From: an uncultured bacterium | GTDB lineage: Bacteria; Verrucomicrobiota; Verrucomicrobiia; Verrucomicrobiales; DEV007 | Reading direction: 5' to 3' | Assembly: GCA_963977015.1 (NCBI GenBank) | Contig: CAXBMO010000035.1 | Span: forward strand, 1 to 50,478 | DNA: 50,478 nucleotides | In this document: positions 31,074 to 38,312 of the stretch, in pieces | Numbering within the stretch: position 1 is the stretch's first letter | Layout of the letters: each line of letters opens with the position of its first letter | Notes under the pieces: model-generated | Database searches by the model: none | Seen by the model: the letters and a program-made list of their open reading frames with translations, nothing else | What the model was told of the DNA's origin: nothing | Made by a program: the position numbers and the translations under genes

Positions 31074-31081
31074 CTTGGCGA

Positions 31082-33817
31082 TTACTTCGCTCGGAAAACT
31101 TCGCTCTGGATGGCGAGGCGAATGAGGTCGCCGAAGCGGTAGCCCTCAGGAGGCTCTGCTTTGACCAAAGCTTCGACGATCCGTTGATCCCCGACTGAAA
31201 GTTCGCGACCGGCCCCGTATTCGAGGAGCTTGGTGAGCAGGCAGTGGGTGAAGACCTCGGGTCGTTCTTTTAGGAAGCGTTTGATTGAAGGGGCGCCGTT
31301 GAGGGCGGTGCCATCAGGCATGGCGGCACTGGCATCGATGGGTGTCTTGTCAGCTACGTACTTGGTGCGCCACCCGCCGATGGCGTCGTAGTTTTCGAGG
31401 GCGAGACCGAGCGGGTCGATATCGCGGTGGCATTTGGCGCAGGTTTCCAGTTCGGTGTGGGCCTTGAGGGTTTCGCGCACGCTGGTGGCCTGGCTGGTGT
31501 CGATGTCGAGCGCTGGAACGTCCTTCGGCGGAGGCGGCGGGTGTTGGCCGAAGAGATTTTCCAACACCCAAACGCCACGCAGAATCGGTGAGGATTCCAC
31601 GCCGTCGCCCGTCACGGTGAGGACGCCGGGCAGGCCTAACACGCCACCACGATCGAGCACATGACGCGGTAAATCCGGCGAATCCGCAAAGCTGACGCGC
31701 TCCGGTTCGGGCCAAACCAGGCTCTGGCGTTGGCGCGCGTCGACCGCCCCGATACTCTTGTCTCGCTTCGGTTTCATACCCCAAATCACCTGCATCGCAC
31801 TATTGGCGTAGGTGAAATCGGAGTCGATGAAGGTGGAAATCGGAAGGTTATCGCGCAGCACTTCTTCGAAAAACATCTCGGTCGAACGCACGAAGCCATA
31901 GCGCACGGTGTCATTCCACGGGTAGCGATTGTCGCAGACGTTGATCGACTGGACGGTGCGATTTCCGAGCCATTGACCGGTGAAGTGTTTCACAAATTGC
32001 TGGGAACGTGGATCGGCGAGGAGACGCTTGGTCTGCGCGGCGAGAATTCCAGGTTCGGACAGTTTTCCCGCACTTGCGAGTTCGAACAACTCAGCATCGG
32101 GCATCGTGCTCCAGAGAAAATACGAAAGTCGCGAGGCAAGTGCGTGGTCGCTGAGATGCTCGGCATTCTCAGCCTCGCGGTAGAGGAATTGCGGCGAACA
32201 AAGCAGGCGGCGAATCGCGTAGTGCCAGGCAAATTCCGGTTTCCCAGCCCCTGACTCGTTTCCATGCTGCAAAACGGCGGCAATGAGCTTCTCCGATTCT
32301 GCATCAGTCAGGGGACGCCGAAAGGTGCGCTCGGCCAGCGGAAGCAGCTTCGTTTCCAACTCTTCCCGGTCGAGGCTGGGTGGCCAGGCACCAAAAAATT
32401 CGACCACGCGCGGCGGAACGGCGAAGGGGCCTTCGATTTTCAAACCTCGAAGCTCCACCGTCGGCTCGGGCCGCTTATTGATCTTGGTAAGATCCTTGTT
32501 GATCTGGTTCCTGTTTTGGTCGCTCACGCGGTAAGCGTCCGCCGGGAGCCGATTGGAGCAGTAGATGTGCAGCGTTTCGCCGGCCTCGACTGGAACGTCG
32601 CATTCGATCCAGGTCGGATCGCCCGCCGGAATCTCGACCTCCGCCACCAGGGTCGTCCGATCGATTCGGTAGCGTTTCGGCAATTGCTCCTCGGTCGGGT
32701 CAAAGGCGTGGAGGCCAAGCCGCAACGGGTTACCGTCGGCACCGGATTCGGCCTGTGCGTTGGCGTGCAGTTTGATGCGGTAGATCCCGGACGAGGGTGC
32801 AACGAAGCTGCTGTCCCAAAGCGCGCCGACCCAGCCGGAGTGGTTAAAGCCGGTGAACTTGAGAAATTCTCCCTTGGGGCCGAACCAACGCCGCGCCTGG
32901 TCGCCGCCGATGGTTTCTGTCGTCAAGTTAGAGCGGTAAGTCAGCGGATTTGGCAGCGGAACGAAGCGGTCGGCAATGTCGGTTGCCGTTTCGTGGTAAG
33001 CCTCCATCACCGCTGGCGAAAGGAACAGTCCCGCGGGCATCGTGTCGAATTCTTCGCTGGTCGCATCCTCAGGAAACGAGAGCGGTAAGTCGATCATGCG
33101 CATCCCGAAGAGGTCGCGGACCGTGTTGAGGTATTCGTTTCGGTTCAGCCGACGCACTGGCGTGCCACCCGGTTTGGCGGATTGATCAGCCTTGGCAAAG
33201 GCATTTTCGAGGTGGGTTAGAAACTTTTGCTTCGTAGCTTCGTCCGGGTGAGCCTTTGCCTTTTTTGGCGGCATATCACCTTCGGAGATATAGTCGCGAA
33301 CAAGTTCCCATTGCTCCCGGGTATCAGTGTCGATGAGATCCCAGGGTAAGGTATCGATTTGAAAGTCACCTTTTTGTTCATCCGCGTTGTGGCAGGTCGA
33401 ACAGTATTGCTCGGTGAATTGGGTGATTGCTCCGGGTGCGGTATCGGCAGCAAAACTATTGTTCGAAATCGAAAGGCAAATCATCGTGAAGACGAGCACC
33501 AACCGATTCGGGACTGTGCCGCAAAGTATCGATTTTAACCCGAAGGGTTTCGAGCGATTAGCCTTGGATTGAGCGAAGCGATATCCAGGGGATAAAACGG
33601 AGAAAATTTTGAACCCGAAGGGTTCGCAGCGCCGGAATTCAACAGGCTGTGACCCCTCCGGGGTCAACTTTGATTGATCACTACACCCGGGTATCGCTTC
33701 GCTCAACCCGGGGCTAATCGCTTTGAAACCCTTCGGGTTAGGTATAGGTAGTGCAATCGAAGCATTCCCTGGCTGCATTCCAGCCTTCCGTCCTTTTTTG
33801 CCCAAAACACTCCTCAT
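31082..33817 (-). CDS. DUF1592/DUF1588/DUF1587/DUF1595/DUF1585 Planctomycete cytochrome c protein (start uncertain)
   Basis: CSTCH, MPP, RRLNRNEYLNTVRDL, SPQFLYR, LASRLSYFLWSTMPDAEL, FTGQWL, SSPILRGVWV, CAKCHRDIDPLGLALENYDAIG, GR. The ATG overlaps the DUF1552 stop (ATGA), but the signal peptide only begins ~33500. Confidence 0.92.
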   Translation of the reverse strand: MRSVLGKKGRKAGMQPGNASIALPIPNPKGFKAISPGLSEAIPGCSDQSKLTPEGSQPVEFRRCEPFGFKIFSVLSPGYRFAQSKANRSKPFGLKSILCGTVPNRLVLVFTMICLSISNNSFAADTAPGAITQFTEQYCSTCHNADEQKGDFQIDTLPWDLIDTDTREQWELVRDYISEGDMPPKKAKAHPDEATKQKFLTHLENAFAKADQSAKPGGTPVRRLNRNEYLNTVRDLFGMRMIDLPLSFPEDATSEEFDTMPAGLFLSPAVMEAYHETATDIADRFVPLPNPLTYRSNLTTETIGGDQARRWFGPKGEFLKFTGFNHSGWVGALWDSSFVAPSSGIYRIKLHANAQAESGADGNPLRLGLHAFDPTEEQLPKRYRIDRTTLVAEVEIPAGDPTWIECDVPVEAGETLHIYCSNRLPADAYRVSDQNRNQINKDLTKINKRPEPTVELRGLKIEGPFAVPPRVVEFFGAWPPSLDREELETKLLPLAERTFRRPLTDAESEKLIAAVLQHGNESGAGKPEFAWHYAIRRLLCSPQFLYREAENAEHLSDHALASRLSYFLWSTMPDAELFELASAGKLSEPGILAAQTKRLLADPRSQQFVKHFTGQWLGNRTVQSINVCDNRYPWNDTVRYGFVRSTEMFFEEVLRDNLPISTFIDSDFTYANSAMQVIWGMKPKRDKSIGAVDARQRQSLVWPEPERVSFADSPDLPRHVLDRGGVLGLPGVLTVTGDGVESSPILRGVWVLENLFGQHPPPPPKDVPALDIDTSQATSVRETLKAHTELETCAKCHRDIDPLGLALENYDAIGGWRTKYVADKTPIDASAAMPDGTALNGAPSIKRFLKERPEVFTHCLLTKLLEYGAGRELSVGDQRIVEALVKAEPPEGYRFGDLIRLAIQSEVFRAK
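33536..33740. repeat. ~205-bp nested palindromic REP/REPIN- or MITE-like element
   Basis: Outer ~55-bp imperfect inverted repeats: taacccgaagggtttcgagcgattagccttggattgagcgaagcgata ... tatcgcttcgctcaacccggggctaatcgctttgaaacccttcgggtta. Inner IR: gaacccgaagggttcgcagc / gctgtgacccctccggggtc. Each arm contains small acccgaagggt hairpins. Confidence 0.85.
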
Positions 33818-35073
33818 AGCAACGCTCCGTTCAGATTCGACTGGCTTGTAGCAAAGGATTCCATCTCGAACCCCAGCTTTTGCAAAACCGTCACGTAGAG
33901 ATCGCAGGCCATCTCGTTTTTGTGCTCGTGGTCCGCCCCGCAGGAAAGATGCCGCTGGTGCCGATACCCGCCGCCCGCAACCATCAGCGGAAAGTCGACC
34001 CGACGATGTTTCGAGGCATCCGCCATCGCGCTGCCGATCAGCACCGTGGTGTTGTCGAGCGTGTTCGAGCCATCGATATCGCGCGTCTCGTTCAGCGCCT
34101 TCATGAAACGCGCCGCCTCGCTCATGTGGGCCGATTCGATCGCGACCAACTGGTCGACTTTCTCCGTTTTGTTCCCGTGATGCGACAAGTTGTGGTAACC
34201 AGCCGACATCAGCTCGTCGCCGAGCATCAGCGCGCCATCGGCCAGCGGAATCGTCAGTGAAAAGACGCGGCAGGCGTCATTTTTGATCGCCAACGCCATC
34301 AAATCCCACATCAAATCCTCGTTTTGAATCATCATCGAATGCGCGATCGTCTCCTCCTCCGGCAGGGAGAAATTTGCATCCGGCCTGGGGAACGGTTTAT
34401 CGAGCCAATCCTGTCGGCGAGCGAGCTTTCGCTCCACATCGCGCACGCTGGTGAAGTATTCGTCCAGCTTATCGCGGTCCCCGGCGCTAACGCGACCACT
34501 GAGCATCTTGGCATCGGCAGTCACGTCGTCGAGCAGGCTGCGGCCGGATTCGAGGAGATACTGTTGCCGCTCCATGTCCGCTGCTTTGCCGCCGAACACC
34601 TTGGCAAACATCACGCTCGGCCGCAAAATCGGTGGCAGCGGGATGCCGTTCTTGTTCAGCGAGACCGGCGCGTTGAACCGCTGCTCGCCCGCGCAGAGTT
34701 GGAGCGATTCATACCGCGTTTCCGCTCCCATTTTCGGCGCGACGAGTTGATCGAGCGAAATGCTCTTCGTCACCTGGCCGGTGAAGAGGGTGTAGACTAA
34801 CGCGTGACCGTTCCCAGTCGGCCCTTTGTGGTCGAGACCGGAAATGGTGGTGAGTTTGTCGCCGACACCCGCGTCGTCGAAGGGCTTGATGAGCCGCGCG
34901 CCGGGTTTGTCTGCGAAAAAGTCCGGCTTGTACCAACCGAGCTGAGTTCCGGCGACGACGAGGCGTTTGGGCGCCGTGGCCTCAGCCTTTCCTGAGGCGA
35001 GCGAGGGCAAAAGTGGAAGCGCCAGAGTGGCGGATGAGGATCGCAGAAAACTGCGGCGTGTTTGAGGCTTCAT
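33814..35073 (-). CDS. DUF1552 (HXXSHH) family protein, Tat-exported
   Basis: TRRSFL, ALPLLPSL, PKRL, SISLDQLVA, RSLLD, DRDKLDEYFTSVRDVERKL, YHNLSHHG, LDNT, CDLYVTVLQKLG. Confidence 0.93.
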   Translation of the reverse strand: MKPQTRRSFLRSSSATLALPLLPSLASGKAEATAPKRLVVAGTQLGWYKPDFFADKPGARLIKPFDDAGVGDKLTTISGLDHKGPTGNGHALVYTLFTGQVTKSISLDQLVAPKMGAETRYESLQLCAGEQRFNAPVSLNKNGIPLPPILRPSVMFAKVFGGKAADMERQQYLLESGRSLLDDVTADAKMLSGRVSAGDRDKLDEYFTSVRDVERKLARRQDWLDKPFPRPDANFSLPEEETIAHSMMIQNEDLMWDLMALAIKNDACRVFSLTIPLADGALMLGDELMSAGYHNLSHHGNKTEKVDQLVAIESAHMSEAARFMKALNETRDIDGSNTLDNTTVLIGSAMADASKHRRVDFPLMVAGGGYRHQRHLSCGADHEHKNEMACDLYVTVLQKLGFEMESFATSQSNLNGALL

Positions 35074-35397
35074 TAATTTTATCGGAATCAGGATTCGGCA
35101 ATCCAGCCGGTTTCTTAACAAGACACCCTAGCCTTTTGATAGGCTGGCGGGAAGATAATTGCACTTTCGGGATCACAGAATCAGGGGCGGGCTACGCCTC
35201 CACGCTCGCCATCAAAAAATCAAAAAAGCGTTGGGCGTAGGGATGCGCCTGATCGGTGAGGCCGGACCCCTGTAAGTCGGCGAGAGTGTTCCTTCACCCA
35301 TCGATTCGAATCTGACGGCCCACGATTGTGACCTATCTGCGGCCTTGCGCGGTCGTTCGCCTTCTCCTAACCTTCCGGAAACTCCCAAATTTCCCGC

Positions 35398-36849
35398 ATG
35401 AACCGATTCCTCATCGCCACGCTTGCCCTCGCAATAGGTCTTTTCCTCAATCCAGCTGCTTCCGCCGAAGAGAAAGCCCGCTTCAAAGCCGGCGCCGCCG
35501 TGGCCGACATTTCACCCGACGTCTTTCCGTTCCAGCTCCGCTCCGGTCCTTCTGAATATGTCCACGACCCCATTTCGGTGCGGGCTCTCGCCTTCGAGAA
35601 CGGAGCCGACCACCGGGCCCTTATCGCCATCATCGATGCGATCGGCATCGGTCGGGAAATGGCGGACGAAGCGAAAATGATCGTCGCCGAGAAGACCGGC
35701 TGGGATCCGGAATCCATCCTCATCGCCGCGACGCATGCGCACACCACGCCGAAGGGCGGCGACACCTCACCGGGCCGAGTCGCCTACGAGAAGAAACGCC
35801 GGGCGGGACTCGTCGAGGCCCTGCTCAAGGCGATCGAGGCGCTCGAACCCGCCAAGGTCGGATTCGCCTCCGACGAGGAGGCATCCGAAGTGCGCAACCG
35901 CCGGAATTTCTATGAGGAAGGCGCGTCGTCGACGCGAAACCCGTGGGGTGGCTTCGACAAGGTGCGGATGAATGGGGGCACCCGGGGCATCCTCAAGCCC
36001 GCCGGCCCGATCGATCCGGAGGTCTGCGTCGTCGATGTGCGCACCGAGCGCGGCCACCCGCTCGGCCTGCTCGCCAACTACGCGCTTCACTACGTCGGCG
36101 GCATTCCCTCGGTGACCGAGGAGGATGGAAAAGTTCGCGGCATGGCGTCGGCGGACTACTTCGGAGAATTCGCCCGGGTACTGCCCTATCGTCTCGCCAG
36201 CCGTCCGCCGGAGGGCTTCGTCGCGATGATGTCGAACGGCGCCAGTGGCGACATCAACAACATCCCCTTCGGCATCGAGCGCGCTCCCCGCGCCCCCTTC
36301 GAACAATGCCGGATCGTCGCCAACAAGACCGCCGACGCCGCGTGGCGGGCGATCAAGAAGATCGAAACCTACGACGCCTCCCCCGTGATCGCGACGCGCC
36401 AGCGCGAAGTGACGCTCACCTACCGCAAACCCACCGAAGCCGAGGTGGAGAACGCCCTGCGATTGCTCAAGCTCACCCGCGAGGAACGCGAGGCGATCCA
36501 CAAGAAGACCACCAACTACGCCAATCACACGGTTCGCTTCGCCAAACCCGAGAGTCCGAAAACGGAGGAGGTCATCGTCCAGGCCTTCCGCATCGGCGAC
36601 CAGGCGATCGTCTCGATGCCCTTCGAGGTGCTCGTGGAAATCGGTCTGGAGATCAAAGAAAAGGGCCCCGCGCCGCACACCTTCCTCATCGAACTGGCCA
36701 ACGGCAGCTACGGCTATCTCCCTCCTCCGAACCAGGTCGAGCTCGGCGGCTACGAAACCTGGCTGGGGACGTCACGGTTTGAGAAGGATTCGTCCGAGGT
36801 GCTGGTGGAGGAGTTGCTGGAGATGCTTGGGGAGCTTTGGGAGGAGTGA
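35398..36849 (+). CDS. Secreted neutral/alkaline-ceramidase-like metallohydrolase
   Basis: Signal peptide, FKAGAAVADISP, VHDPISVRAL, ATHAHT, GPIDPEV, NYALHY, SADYFG, NGASGDIN, ELANGSYGYLP, GGYET. Confidence 0.82.
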   Translation: MNRFLIATLALAIGLFLNPAASAEEKARFKAGAAVADISPDVFPFQLRSGPSEYVHDPISVRALAFENGADHRALIAIIDAIGIGREMADEAKMIVAEKTGWDPESILIAATHAHTTPKGGDTSPGRVAYEKKRRAGLVEALLKAIEALEPAKVGFASDEEASEVRNRRNFYEEGASSTRNPWGGFDKVRMNGGTRGILKPAGPIDPEVCVVDVRTERGHPLGLLANYALHYVGGIPSVTEEDGKVRGMASADYFGEFARVLPYRLASRPPEGFVAMMSNGASGDINNIPFGIERAPRAPFEQCRIVANKTADAAWRAIKKIETYDASPVIATRQREVTLTYRKPTEAEVENALRLLKLTREEREAIHKKTTNYANHTVRFAKPESPKTEEVIVQAFRIGDQAIVSMPFEVLVEIGLEIKEKGPAPHTFLIELANGSYGYLPPPNQVELGGYETWLGTSRFEKDSSEVLVEELLEMLGELWEE

Positions 36850-36907
36850 GAATTGGTTGGGGGAAGATGAGCTTGGGAGGCGTGAAGCGAAAAAATTACC
36901 CTCCCTT

Positions 36908-38299
36908 TCACCCGAGCACATCTCTCATCACCTCGCCATAAACATCCGTCAGCCGGAAGTCGCGACCTGCATAGTTGTAGGTCAGCCGGGTGTGGTCCAA
37001 TCCGATGAGATGCAGCATGGTCGCATGCAGATCGTGGATGTGGGTTTTGTTTTCGATCGCCTGGTAGCCGTGCTCATCGGTCGCGCCGTAGCGGATGCCG
37101 CCCTTGACGCCACCACCGGCCATCCAGGCGGTGAAGCCTTTGTTATTGTGGTCGCGGCCGTCTTCGCCTTGAGCATACGGGGTGCGGCCGAACTCGCCGG
37201 TCCAGACGATCAGCGTGTCCTTGAGCATGTCGCGCTGCTTCAGGTCGGTGAGCAGGGCGGCGATCGGTTGATCGGTGGCCGCCGTGTTGTCGCGCAGCGC
37301 CTGTTCGAGGTTGCGGTGCTGATCCCAACTGCCGTGGGTGATTTCGATAAAACGCACCCCGGCTTCGGCAAAGCGGCGGGCCATCAGGCACTGGCGTCCG
37401 AAGGTGGCGGTAGCGTCATTGTCGATCCCGTAGAGACTTTTGGTGGCCTGCGTTTCCGCATCGATGTCGAGCAAGTCAGGAATCTCCGACTGCATCCGGA
37501 AAGCCAGTTCGAACGACTCGATCAGGCCCTCGACCTCAGGATTGTGAATCTCCTGTTCGAGCTTCCCTTGGTTGAGAGATCTGGCGAAGTCGAGCTGGAG
37601 CCGTTGTCGCTCGCTGCTCAGTTTCGAATTGCCGAGGTTCGGCATGCTCACGGCGGCACTGTCTTCCATTCCCTTTCGCAGGCTGCTTCCGATTGGAGTT
37701 CCCTGATAGATCGCCGGGAGGAATGCCGATCCATAGTTGCTGGCCCCGGTGGGTGGGCTCAGGGTGATGAAGCCGGGCAGATTCTGATTCTCCGTTCCCA
37801 ACCCATACAGCGTCCACGCCCCCATCGATGGGCGAACAAACTGAAAGCTCCCCGTGTGCAACTGCGCGAAGGCCTGCGGGTGACTGGGCAAATCGGTGTG
37901 CATGCCGTTCACCAGGCACAGGTCGTCAGCGTGTTTGGCGAGATGGGGGTAAAGTTCGGAAATCGGCAGGCCGCTCTGACCGTGCTGTTTGAATTCGAAC
38001 GGTGATCCGAGCCACTTCGCATCCCCGTTCAAACCGGAGGCTTTGCCCGAATCTTGATTCAAGCGCGGCTTGTAGTCGAAGGTGTCGACATGCGAAGGAG
38101 CGCCCTCCATGCACAGGAAAATCACACGCCTGGCCCTGGCCGGAAAATGCGGCGTTTTGGGAGCCAGCGGGTTTGCGCCAGCCGCGCGGGCGCTGTGCGA
38201 CTGCATCGTGCTGAGTCCGGCAAAGGCACTGTAGGCAAATCCGGTCGACAAGCGTTTCAGGGCCTGGCGACGTGAGGGAGTAGAGAGATGGAAATTCAT
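36908..38299 (-). CDS. DUF1501 family protein (Tat-exported)
   Basis: SRRQAL, ARRVIFLCMEGAPSHVDTFDYKP, CLMARRFAEAGVRFIE, WDQH, GEFGRTP, GRDHN, RLTDVYG. Confidence 0.95.
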   Translation of the reverse strand: MNFHLSTPSRRQALKRLSTGFAYSAFAGLSTMQSHSARAAGANPLAPKTPHFPARARRVIFLCMEGAPSHVDTFDYKPRLNQDSGKASGLNGDAKWLGSPFEFKQHGQSGLPISELYPHLAKHADDLCLVNGMHTDLPSHPQAFAQLHTGSFQFVRPSMGAWTLYGLGTENQNLPGFITLSPPTGASNYGSAFLPAIYQGTPIGSSLRKGMEDSAAVSMPNLGNSKLSSERQRLQLDFARSLNQGKLEQEIHNPEVEGLIESFELAFRMQSEIPDLLDIDAETQATKSLYGIDNDATATFGRQCLMARRFAEAGVRFIEITHGSWDQHRNLEQALRDNTAATDQPIAALLTDLKQRDMLKDTLIVWTGEFGRTPYAQGEDGRDHNNKGFTAWMAGGGVKGGIRYGATDEHGYQAIENKTHIHDLHATMLHLIGLDHTRLTYNYAGRDFRLTDVYGEVMRDVLG

Positions 38300-38312
38300 G
38301 GGGAAGGCAGAG

